Part shown: positions 7,662 through 15,843 of the stretch, one piece after another
How the letters are laid out: each line of letters opens with the position of its first letter
Numbering within the stretch: the first letter of the stretch is position 1
Source of the DNA: an uncultured virus (IMG/VR IMGVR_UViG_3300020057_000339)
Lineage: Duplodnaviria; Heunggongvirae; Uroviricota; Caudoviricetes
Direction: 5' to 3' (one strand)
IMG/VR virus record: IMGVR_UViG_3300020057_000339
Length of the DNA stretch: 64,000 nucleotides
Program-made: the position numbers and the translations under genes
The notes under the pieces: generated by a model
Databases searched by the model: none
Told to the model about the DNA's origin: nothing
What the model saw: the letters and a program-made list of their open reading frames with translations, nothing else

Positions 7662-8027
7662 ATGAATGATCTAACGTTAGAAAACTTTCACGAAAAGACG
7701 GGGTTCCGTTTTCGTGTTAGCAACGAACAGTTCGCACGTATCGAAGCTGGTACGTTTACACGAGAACAGGCATTTGCTGAGTTTATTGCGGCTGGTGGAG
7801 CCGATAAGCTTAAGCCTAGAAAGCCCGAGGTTCCTGATTCGGTCTATCTTTGCGATGGCTTGACGATCGCAAATTTCTCGGAAAGAGTGCAGGCGGCTAC
7901 GGGCGTGGTCCGTAGATTTCGCATGAGTCGTGAACAATGTCAACGACACAAGGACGGCACGCTCACTCGTGAGCGGGCATTACAAGAAGTTATCGCTGCT
8001 ATCGCAGCCAAGGAAATAGTAGTATGA
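7662..8027 (+). CDS. Hypothetical protein with two internal repeats
   Basis: LTxxNFxE..RFRxSxEQ..R...GTxTRExA occurs twice; promoter TAGACG(7614)-17 bp-CATAAT and GGAG SD upstream. Confidence 0.75.
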   Translation: MNDLTLENFHEKTGFRFRVSNEQFARIEAGTFTREQAFAEFIAAGGADKLKPRKPEVPDSVYLCDGLTIANFSERVQAATGVVRRFRMSREQCQRHKDGTLTRERALQEVIAAIAAKEIVV

Positions 8028-8395
8028 ATTTGAACGTAGTGATTTTGCAAGGTAATTTGACGGCTGATCCTGAGATCATCGGTCCAGAAAAGAACGTGGC
8101 TCGTTTTACCATCGCCGTGAACACCGGATTTGGTGACAAAAAGGAAACGGCATTCGTTGATTGTGTGGCCTTTGGTAAGCAGGTCGATACGATCAAGGTT
8201 TACTGCACGAAGGGTAAACAGATCATCGTAAAGGGCTCTATTCATCAGAACCGCTGGGAAACGAAGGATGGCGATAAGCGTTCTAAGCTTGAAATGATTC
8301 TCGACAGCTTCGGCGGATTCAATTTCGTCAGTGGTGGACCAAAGAGCGACGAACCTCCTGTGGAGGCGGCTACGAGCGAAGGCAAGCTGTTCTGA
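8024..8395 (+). CDS. ssb: Single-stranded DNA-binding protein
   Basis: NVVILQGNLTADPE, FTIAVN, FVDCVAFGK, KGKQIIVKG, acidic tail. Confidence 0.92.
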   Translation: MNLNVVILQGNLTADPEIIGPEKNVARFTIAVNTGFGDKKETAFVDCVAFGKQVDTIKVYCTKGKQIIVKGSIHQNRWETKDGDKRSKLEMILDSFGGFNFVSGGPKSDEPPVEAATSEGKLF

Positions 8396-8414
8396 TCCTT
8401 TAGATCAAGTTTTC

Positions 8415-8455
8415 ACAGGGGCGTGCTTGACAAGAGCACGCCCCTGTTGTATGAT
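8415..8455 (+). promoter_or_regulatory. sigma70 promoter embedded in a 13-bp hairpin (terminator-like)
   Basis: ACAGGGGCGTGCT-TGACAAG-AGCACGCCCCTGT; TTGACA(8427)-17 bp-TATGAT(8450); ATG at 8462. Confidence 0.75.
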
Positions 8456-8461
8456 AAAGCA

Positions 8462-8878
8462 ATGAAGAAGCTCATCATCTTTCGTGGGCCGAGTGGCTCA
8501 GGCAAGTCCACCGCCGCTAAAGCACTCGGAGGTCTCCACTTTGAGGCAGACGAATTCTTTATGCGGAGCGGCACGTACGTTTTTGAGGCCAATAAGCTGA
8601 GTCAAGCTCACGCTGACTGTCAACGTCGTGTTCGTGAAGCTGTCAGTAGCGAAAAAGAACTGGTGGTCGTGTCGAACACGAGCATGACTCGCTGGGAATT
8701 AACTCCGTACCTTCAAATGGCTAAGGAATTTGATTACGAAGTCACAATTTATCGAATCAAGGGTCCGTGGGACGCCAAACTATTCGCGTCCCGAAACACT
8801 CATGGTGTAACCAAAGAGATTGTTCAAAGGCAAATCAACAAGTATCAGCCGCTTGAAAGTGAACAAGAATATGCATGA
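8462..8878 (+). CDS. P-loop kinase (AAA_33/polynucleotide kinase-like)
   Basis: RGPSGSGKST Walker A; FEADEFF; VVVSNT; RNTHGV. Confidence 0.85.
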   Translation: MKKLIIFRGPSGSGKSTAAKALGGLHFEADEFFMRSGTYVFEANKLSQAHADCQRRVREAVSSEKELVVVSNTSMTRWELTPYLQMAKEFDYEVTIYRIKGPWDAKLFASRNTHGVTKEIVQRQINKYQPLESEQEYA

Positions 8879-9164
8879 CGATGATGAAGAAGAAGATGTC
8901 ACACCGCAACAAAGTCGGTGCTGGACGTGCAGACATGGCATGACGTTGCAAGAGAACGACGTGCAAATTTTCATGCAGCCAGAAATGATACAGGGCAATC
9001 CGTTCGACGGTGACAATGCAGAAAGTCCCGGAGTTTCTCAAATCTCGATTGACATCCAGAAAGTGCGATCGGTGTGTTTCTGGCGTTCGCAGCCCGGTCA
9101 GTCGATTGTATCACCGCTCGTCTTTAATGTCGTTACGGAGTGTAGTCGTTATGAAAAGAATTGA
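8871..9164 (+). CDS. Hypothetical protein, Cys-containing
   Basis: Overlaps both neighbours; CWTCRH..C..C. Confidence 0.6.
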   Translation: MHDDDEEEDVTPQQSRCWTCRHGMTLQENDVQIFMQPEMIQGNPFDGDNAESPGVSQISIDIQKVRSVCFWRSQPGQSIVSPLVFNVVTECSRYEKN

Positions 9165-9579
9165 ACAATTTCGTGGCGAATACGCCTTCCTGAGTAATTT
9201 CTACAGATGTAATGTAAGTTATGAGGGACTAATTTATCCTTCTAGCGAACATGCTTTTCAAGCCGCCAAGACCCTGAACATGGAAGCAAGGCGAGCATTT
9301 ACACAACCTTTAATGGATGCAAGCCTCTCTAAACACCTTGGCAGAGCACTGGTATTACGTCCCAATTGGGACAAGATCGTTGTAATGGAAGATATACTTG
9401 TAAGTAAATTTTCAGAAGAAGTGCTTAAGGACGCTCTTGTCGCCACTGGCGATGCCGAATTGATCGAAGGTAATACCTGGGGCGATACGTTTTGGGGAGT
9501 CTGCAACGGCAAGGGAAGTAATTTTCTGGGTAAGGCTCTCATGAATCTGCGAAAGAAGTTGACTACGTCCACGACGTAA
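9151..9579 (+). CDS. NADAR (YbiA-like) family protein
   Basis: FLSNFY, SSEHAFQAAK, LRPNWD, LIEGNTWGDTFWG, GSNFLGKALM. Confidence 0.92.
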   Translation: MKRIEQFRGEYAFLSNFYRCNVSYEGLIYPSSEHAFQAAKTLNMEARRAFTQPLMDASLSKHLGRALVLRPNWDKIVVMEDILVSKFSEEVLKDALVATGDAELIEGNTWGDTFWGVCNGKGSNFLGKALMNLRKKLTTSTT

Positions 9580-9587
9580 GGTATAAT
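9559..9587 (+). promoter_or_regulatory. sigma70 promoter with palindromic spacer, leaderless
   Basis: TTGACT-17 bp-TATAAT; TACGTC-CAC-GACGTA; ATG at 9593. Confidence 0.75.
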
Positions 9588-9592
9588 GACAC

Positions 9593-10825
9593 ATGGAACA
9601 TCTTGAGCTTTGCCGCCGCATTCAAGCGGTTGGTGGCCACCCCCTTGTGGTTGGTGGGGCCGTCCGCGATCACGTAATGGGTCGCGAGTCGAATGACGTG
9701 GATATTTGCGTCATTGGCCTGACGATGCCGCAGTTGCTTGCAGCCTTTCCAGAAGGCGATGCCGTAGGTAAGGATTTTCCTATCGTTATCGTTGCGGGTA
9801 TCGAAATTGCCCTAGCTCGTACAGAACGCAAGGTCGGTGCTGGTCACACGGGATTCGTCTGTGATACGGGCGGCATCACGATTGAACAAGATTTGTTCCG
9901 TCGTGACTTGACGATTAATGCTATGGCTATGGAACCGTTCACGGGTGAGATTATCGACCCGTTCGGTGGTCGTAAGGCAATTGCTGAAAAAAGACTGGCT
10001 CCCGTCAGCAAGCACTTCGTTGAGGATCCGTTGCGTGTGTTGCGTGCCGCAAGGTTCGCGGCCCAACTCGGATTCCAGTCTACGCAAGAGCTTATGAATA
10101 TGTGCCAATTCTTGCGTTTCGAGCTTCCCACGCTCGCTGGCGAGCGTGTTTTTGAGGAGCTTATGAAGGCGTTACGTTCGGCCAAGCCGAGTGTATTCTT
10201 TGAGGCACTTCGAGACTTCCAATGTTTGGCAGAAGTGTTCCCAGAAATCGCTGCTCTGGCTGGACGAGTCCAACCAGAGAAGCATCACCCGGAGGGTGAC
10301 GCATTCGTTCACACGCTTCTAGTCGTGGATCGAGCACGCGAACTCGGGGCGGATGACGCCACGATGTTTGCTGCATTGGTCCACGATCTAGGAAAGGCCG
10401 TGACTGACGACGATAACCTACCGCACCATTACAATCATGAGGCGTTGGGTATACCATTGGTACATAAATTCTGTGATCGTTTAAAGGTGCCCAACGCACT
10501 CAGAGATGTTGGTGTGGCTACGTCACGAGAGCACCTGAATATCCATCGTTTCGATTCCTTGAGGTCTACGACAAAGGTACGACTCCTTGATCGACTGGGG
10601 GCCGCTCACGGCAACACGCTAATTGAATGCGTTACGCTTGCTTCGCAGGCAGACGCTCAGGGGCGTGGACCCGACTTTCATGACAAGCCCTATCCGCAGC
10701 GTCAAGCTGTGCTAGACGCTGCGGATAGATTCCGCAGCGTGAAGGGCGATCAGTTCGCTAATTTACGAAATGGCGAAGCCATTAAGCAAAAGATGGAGCA
10801 AGCACGAGTAAAGGCACTCGCATGA
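9593..10825 (+). CDS. cca: tRNA nucleotidyltransferase (CCA-adding) with HD domain
   Basis: VGGAVRD, DVD, DLFRRDLTINAMA, EDPLRVLRAARF, HHPEGD, LVHDLGK. Confidence 0.92.
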   Translation: MEHLELCRRIQAVGGHPLVVGGAVRDHVMGRESNDVDICVIGLTMPQLLAAFPEGDAVGKDFPIVIVAGIEIALARTERKVGAGHTGFVCDTGGITIEQDLFRRDLTINAMAMEPFTGEIIDPFGGRKAIAEKRLAPVSKHFVEDPLRVLRAARFAAQLGFQSTQELMNMCQFLRFELPTLAGERVFEELMKALRSAKPSVFFEALRDFQCLAEVFPEIAALAGRVQPEKHHPEGDAFVHTLLVVDRARELGADDATMFAALVHDLGKAVTDDDNLPHHYNHEALGIPLVHKFCDRLKVPNALRDVGVATSREHLNIHRFDSLRSTTKVRLLDRLGAAHGNTLIECVTLASQADAQGRGPDFHDKPYPQRQAVLDAADRFRSVKGDQFANLRNGEAIKQKMEQARVKALA

Positions 10826-11883
10826 AAGACTACATACTTTATCAGAAGCTCATTCGCGAGGTAGACGAAGGTCGTGTCAACGTCTCACGAACGGGCGACC
10901 TCGCGATCTTCAAATACACCCAGGACACCCACATCCAGGGTCTCTGGAACGACACGAACCGTCAGGCTCGCGGCATCATCTTCCGTTCCGATGGAACGTT
11001 AGTGGCTCGCCCCTTTCCGAAGTTCTTCAACCTCGGAGAAGTCTCCGAGACGATGATGGAGAATCTTCCGTGGGATGAAGAGATCGAGATCACGGAAAAG
11101 GTGGACGGCTCATGTGGTATCGGATACTTCTTGACGGGTGACGTGTCGTGGTCACTGGCGACCCCCGGTAGCATGGAGTCGAATCAGGCAAAGATGGGCA
11201 CTCAGATCTTGAATGCTAACTATCCTACGCAATTGCTGCCGAAGGACTGCACGCCAATCTTCGAGATTATCTATCCAGAGAACCGAATCGTCGTAGATTA
11301 CAAGGGCGAGACGTTCCTGTGTCTACTCGGTGTCATCGAGCACGGCGGGACGGAATGGCACCCCATGCGAGTTGACCAACTCGCAGAAAAGTGTGGCTTT
11401 AAGCGGCCCCGCCGCTACAATCTGGACTTACGTGGCGACATTCCTTTCGAGGATAACCACGAGGGATACGTCGCTCGCTTTGCGAGCGGTCGTCGTGTTA
11501 AAGTCAAATCACCGGCCTACCTGCGTGTCCACCGACTCCTGAATTACATGAGCCCGAAGGGGGTCATCGAGCTTATCCGTGGCAAGGAATACGGCGTAAC
11601 GCTTCGCGAATTGCCTCATGGTATTCGACAGGACTTCGACGACATCCGTGCTTACGTGCAGACTATGCACGACAAGCTGCGTATCGAGACTGAGGATATT
11701 GCCGGTCGCATCCCTGATGCAGATCGCAAGACGCAAGCTCTCTGGATCCAGGCAAACACGCCCAAGACCTTAACTGGTATTGTCTTTGGTCTATTAGATA
11801 AGAAGAAGATGATAGACAATATCTGGAAAATTGTCCTTGAAAAGGTTAAGGATGAAAAAGGCAAGCCCGTCACGCAAGAATGA
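10822..11883 (+). CDS. T4 Rnl1-like RNA ligase
   Basis: ARGIIF, ARPFPKFFN, EKVDGS, FEIIYPENRIVVDY, EGYV, VKVKSPAY. Confidence 0.9.
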   Translation: MKDYILYQKLIREVDEGRVNVSRTGDLAIFKYTQDTHIQGLWNDTNRQARGIIFRSDGTLVARPFPKFFNLGEVSETMMENLPWDEEIEITEKVDGSCGIGYFLTGDVSWSLATPGSMESNQAKMGTQILNANYPTQLLPKDCTPIFEIIYPENRIVVDYKGETFLCLLGVIEHGGTEWHPMRVDQLAEKCGFKRPRRYNLDLRGDIPFEDNHEGYVARFASGRRVKVKSPAYLRVHRLLNYMSPKGVIELIRGKEYGVTLRELPHGIRQDFDDIRAYVQTMHDKLRIETEDIAGRIPDADRKTQALWIQANTPKTLTGIVFGLLDKKKMIDNIWKIVLEKVKDEKGKPVTQE

Positions 11884-11915
11884 ATACTACATTTCTACCA
11901 GCTGATAACATTGAT

Positions 11916-12073
11916 CAAGTCGGGGCAGGATATGCCCACGACGCTAAATGGACGCGGAGCGGGCGTAAGACTCCCCTGGGAGCAACCCGTGTTGAAACGT
12001 CAAGCCAACCGTACAGCGACGAAAGTCGCCTAGCCGGAGAATCCCCGTGCCTTTAGGTCGGGGAGCATGTCAA
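11916..12073 (+). mobile_element. Orphan IS200/IS605-family right end / TnpB omega-RNA-like element
   Basis: Structured 3' region ending GAATCCCCGTGCCTTTAGGTCGGGGAGCATGTCAA; hairpins GGGCA-GGATA-TGCCC, CTCCC-CT-GGGAG, GCGAC-GAAA-GTCGC; no tnpA/tnpB ORF. Confidence 0.7.
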
Positions 12074-12104
12074 GTAAACTAAGCAACCTCATTAAGAAAG
12101 CTAC

Positions 12105-12587
12105 ATGGTAAATAAAACGGTATACTTGGCTGGTCCAATCAGTGGTCTCACGTATGACGAAGCTACAGAATGGCGTCAAGACGCACAAGAAGAGCTTGCT
12201 AAATCAGGCATCAAGGCCATTAGCCCGCTCAGTTCAGCGGTGCATCTACGTCATCACAAAGGTCTATTAACTGATTGTGAAATCGTACCTGGACTTGAGT
12301 GTGCGGTGCGTGCCATGAGTACGCCGACTGGTGTTGTGACTCGTGACAGGTTTTATTGTCTCAATACTGATGTCATGATTCTCAATTTACTTGGCTCGAA
12401 AAGAGTTTCTATTGGATCAATGGTAGAAGTCGGCTGGGCCAATGCCCGAGATATTCCTATCATCTTAATCATTGAAGAGACTGGCAATACACACGAACAT
12501 GCATTTGTCACCGAATGCTGTCAGTTTCGCACGACCAATATCGCAGACGCCCTGTACGTCGTGAAGGGTATCTTAGGGGAGTACTAA
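12105..12587 (+). CDS. Nucleoside 2-deoxyribosyltransferase-like / nucleotide N-glycosidase
   Basis: VYLAGPI, RD..D, SIGSMVEVGWA motifs. Confidence 0.82.
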   Translation: MVNKTVYLAGPISGLTYDEATEWRQDAQEELAKSGIKAISPLSSAVHLRHHKGLLTDCEIVPGLECAVRAMSTPTGVVTRDRFYCLNTDVMILNLLGSKRVSIGSMVEVGWANARDIPIILIIEETGNTHEHAFVTECCQFRTTNIADALYVVKGILGEY

Positions 12588-12687
12588 AGACACCTACAGT
12601 TTTTTCAAGATTGATGCACGCATGAATTGGTTTGATGAAGTAGACTATGGTACACCACACGATACTCTAACAGTAGGACTAGAAGAC

Positions 12688-13347
12688 ATGACTAAAAAGA
12701 CCCCCCATGCCTCTCCAGTGTTCATTGCACTGTCAGGTAAGAAACAAGTTGGTAAAGATAGCTCAGCTATGTTTATCAAAAAAATACTTGAAACAACCGG
12801 AAAACGCGTAGTCATTACTTCGTTCGCCGACCCTCTCAAGAATATGTGCATTGACATCTTGGGCTTGAGTTCTGCGGAAGTCTACGGCACTGACGTACAA
12901 AAGAACGAACGCTCCCCCATTCTATGGGATGGATTCACTCTCGACGTTCGCTTGAAATATAGTATAGAAATTGACCCACTTGATGGTAAACTACTGCCGC
13001 GAACTGGTGCCATGACTAATCGTGAAGTGCTTCAAGTGATGGGTACTGACATCTTTCGTGCGATTTACGATCCAGTATGGGCTAAAGCTCCATTTAACCG
13101 CGATTGGGGCACTGACGTAGTAATCATAACGGACTGTCGCTTTCCTAACGAAAAGAGCGTGACAGAAGAGGCGGGCGGCGTCATCATTAGACTGGAGAGG
13201 TCTACGGGCTTTAAAGATAATCACGCAAGTGAAACGGCCCTAGATAACGAAGTGTTTGAGAACACGTACCAGAACAATGGTTCATTCGATGACCTTGAAA
13301 ACTATCTACGCTCCGTCTTGAAAAAATATGGTTTGATCAATGACTGA
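12688..13347 (+). CDS. Deoxynucleoside monophosphate kinase
   Basis: SGKKQVGKD, SFADPLK, REVLQVMGTD, ITDCRFPNE, HASE. Confidence 0.9.
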   Translation: MTKKTPHASPVFIALSGKKQVGKDSSAMFIKKILETTGKRVVITSFADPLKNMCIDILGLSSAEVYGTDVQKNERSPILWDGFTLDVRLKYSIEIDPLDGKLLPRTGAMTNREVLQVMGTDIFRAIYDPVWAKAPFNRDWGTDVVIITDCRFPNEKSVTEEAGGVIIRLERSTGFKDNHASETALDNEVFENTYQNNGSFDDLENYLRSVLKKYGLIND

Positions 13348-13537
13348 TACACAACACGAACCCAATATCGCACTGTCCGGGGATGAGGCACGCATTTTAA
13401 TGGCTGCCCTTCGTACAACTAACGTCGGTGCTCCAATCGGAGTTACCGTTAACCTTTTCCTGGCCTTGTCTGTTCTCAGCCAAGTCCAACCACCTGTGCA
13501 AAAAGTACAAGGAAACATTTCAAATGAAGATCGTTGA
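13340..13537 (+). CDS. Hypothetical protein
   Basis: Fills the operon gap, overlapping both neighbours. Confidence 0.55.
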   Translation: MTDTQHEPNIALSGDEARILMAALRTTNVGAPIGVTVNLFLALSVLSQVQPPVQKVQGNISNEDR

Positions 13538-13961
13538 ATTGATTGATTCGATGGCATTTTCTCACCGTCCTGCTGACGGCATCAGTGTTGGCGTCGCAGT
13601 GATTGCTAGCGTCGCCTATATGTCAGTCGGCTTCGTGCGTGCTGGCGACTGCTTCAACCGCAAGTTGGCCCGCCACATTCTGGCTCAACGTGTTGTGAGT
13701 ACGATTGAAGGCAATAACAACGTCAAGTTTGTCGGCGTCGTGGAGCACCTGTCGGACAAGGTAGATGCTCGTGCAGTTGTGCGTGAATTCCGCAAGGTAT
13801 TCAAGCCCGAACACGCTTGTACGGACCCGACGTTTTCGAATGTTGACAAGCTTGGCAATGTTGCCTTCCGTTGCCCGATGGCACGCGACGATCAGTGGGC
13901 AAAGATCGTTGGTATGTTTGACGAAGCCGTGAAGGCAGTTAATACACAATGCGTATCGTAA
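13524..13961 (+). CDS. Hypothetical phage protein
   Basis: ORF in operon; GDCFNRKLAR motif reminiscent of small phage proteins. Confidence 0.65.
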   Translation: MKIVELIDSMAFSHRPADGISVGVAVIASVAYMSVGFVRAGDCFNRKLARHILAQRVVSTIEGNNNVKFVGVVEHLSDKVDARAVVREFRKVFKPEHACTDPTFSNVDKLGNVAFRCPMARDDQWAKIVGMFDEAVKAVNTQCVS

Positions 13962-13962
13962 A

Positions 13963-14048
13963 ATGAAAAATCAATTCCAGTACGATTCATGCAGAAGGTT
14001 CGAATAGAACCTAATGGGTGCTGGAGTCATTTGCGTTCAGGCGACTAA
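13963..14048 (+). pseudogene. Remnant of an HNH endonuclease N-terminus
   Basis: Frame reads SIPVRFMQKVRIEPNGCW, like the RFxxKV..GCW start of phage HNH proteins; ATG is out of frame. Confidence 0.45.
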
Positions 14049-14080
14049 AAGAAAATATTACGAAAAGATGAGGAATAAAA

Positions 14081-14680
14081 ATGCGAATCATGGTGTTTGA
14101 CAGTGAATCGGGCGGATTAGATTCCAAGGTACACTCAGTGTTCTCGGTTGGTGCTCTTGTTGGCGATCTTGAAACTGGCGAGATTATTTCTCAGTTTGAA
14201 TCTCTGCATAAGCTGCCGTCTATTGAAGACTATAAGTTTACGCCAAAGGCCATCGAAATTCATGGCATTACTCCGTCACAAGCCTTCTCAGAAGGGGAAA
14301 CAACGGAAGTAATCCAGAGTAAATTCGTAGACATGTGGCACGATAATGGTGCTCAGATCATGGGCGGTCACAATATAGCATTCGATATACGAATGTTGGC
14401 GTATGGTATTTATGGTATCGAGCCTCAACAATTTGAAGCCAACTTCACGTACCGTTACGTTGACTCTATGCCCCTCATCCGATTGTTTGCTGGCAGTGAA
14501 GCAATCAAGAGTGGAGCAAGTCTGTCGCAGACAGTGAAGGCTCTCAAAATCGACATGAGCTATCTTGGCAAGAGTAAGTTCCACGCTGCTCTATATGATT
14601 CTCATTGTTGTTTTCAAGTGCTGCACAAATTCCGCAAGGTCTTGTCTCAGCCGGATGTCATTGAAAGACTTGTGAAGTAA
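14081..14680 (+). CDS. DEDDh 3'-5' exonuclease (DnaQ-like)
   Basis: FDSESGG, GHNIAFD, HAALYD motifs. Confidence 0.88.
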   Translation: MRIMVFDSESGGLDSKVHSVFSVGALVGDLETGEIISQFESLHKLPSIEDYKFTPKAIEIHGITPSQAFSEGETTEVIQSKFVDMWHDNGAQIMGGHNIAFDIRMLAYGIYGIEPQQFEANFTYRYVDSMPLIRLFAGSEAIKSGASLSQTVKALKIDMSYLGKSKFHAALYDSHCCFQVLHKFRKVLSQPDVIERLVK

Positions 14681-14741
14681 TGGACGATACAGCTTCTTGT
14701 GGCGACATCGCTAGACCAAGAACACCTTTGAAGCTATAAAA

Positions 14742-15227
14742 ATGAATTACCGCTATGATAGTCGTTCCGAAGATCAGTTCAAGAAGGACATTAAGTCTAG
14801 GACGAAAGAAGAGCGTGCGTTGTTCATTATGTGGCTAGATTTGGTCGAACGCACCAGTGGCGTTCGGCCAAAGTATACTGATACCGGCTGCGGTCAAACT
14901 GGCGAGCTACTGACAGACAAAGAAGTGTCCATGGATCCCGACTTTAATGTTGAGGGTTATGGTAAAGTCGAAGTCAAGTTTTCAAAGCCACTACTGGATA
15001 AGTTCTTTCACTTGAAAGCTTCTCAAGTAAAGTCATACCTGCGTGATGGTGCAATCATCCTGATGATCAATGGATCTAATGAAGACGTACCACGCTATAC
15101 GATGCTCAAGCCTGCGGCCCTCCAAGACATTATAGATACATGCAAGATTATTCCGTGGACAGGTTTTGGCTCCAAGATGTCATATAAAATACCTGTAAAT
15201 AAGTTTGTGTGGAGACCTCTCAAGTGA
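14742..15227 (+). CDS. Hypothetical protein, possible PD-(D/E)XK nuclease
   Basis: PDF...VEVK motif. Confidence 0.55.
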   Translation: MNYRYDSRSEDQFKKDIKSRTKEERALFIMWLDLVERTSGVRPKYTDTGCGQTGELLTDKEVSMDPDFNVEGYGKVEVKFSKPLLDKFFHLKASQVKSYLRDGAIILMINGSNEDVPRYTMLKPAALQDIIDTCKIIPWTGFGSKMSYKIPVNKFVWRPLK

Positions 15228-15805
15228 AGTTTGACATCATCCTGCCGTCAGTCGGCAGGCTCAGCCTGTTTCAAGCTGTCGAATCAGTCCTACATCAAGA
15301 TTATAAAGACTGGTGTCTTTGGATAGTGTGTGACGGTATGTCACGCCTAGAGCACATTGTCGATAGTCCACAAGTGAAGGTCGTTAACTCAGACGTGCCC
15401 TGTCACGAAGACTTCGGTGCCTGGGCTCGCAATAAAGGTGCGGCGTTAGGTTCTAATCCCTGGATTGCGTACATCGACGACGACGACGTGTGGCTGCACA
15501 ACCATCTTTCTACTTTTTCAAGCATGCTTGAGGAGAATCCTCAAGCAACTATGTTAAGAACTGTTGGACGCTCATTTTCATGGAGACGTAAATCTCCACG
15601 CTCGAAACAGGTCAATCGTAGAGTGGGCCAAACAAACAGTACGGATATCTTGACGGTTGGCATGGCACACACGCGAGCACTTTTTCAACTCACTGATGGC
15701 TGGCAGCCATCAGATAATCACGATAAACTATTATGGCAAACAATGCAAAGCCTAGGCGGGCTATCAAACGTAAGCGAAACGGTGACGTTCGAGTTCGCAC
15801 GCTAA
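15224..15805 (+). CDS. Glycosyltransferase family 2
   Basis: IILPS, VESVLHQ, ARNKG, AYIDDDDVW. Confidence 0.85.
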   Translation: MKFDIILPSVGRLSLFQAVESVLHQDYKDWCLWIVCDGMSRLEHIVDSPQVKVVNSDVPCHEDFGAWARNKGAALGSNPWIAYIDDDDVWLHNHLSTFSSMLEENPQATMLRTVGRSFSWRRKSPRSKQVNRRVGQTNSTDILTVGMAHTRALFQLTDGWQPSDNHDKLLWQTMQSLGGLSNVSETVTFEFAR

Positions 15806-15843
15806 TGTGGTCGCTGAAAACTACTTTCTAAAGGCGTTTAACA

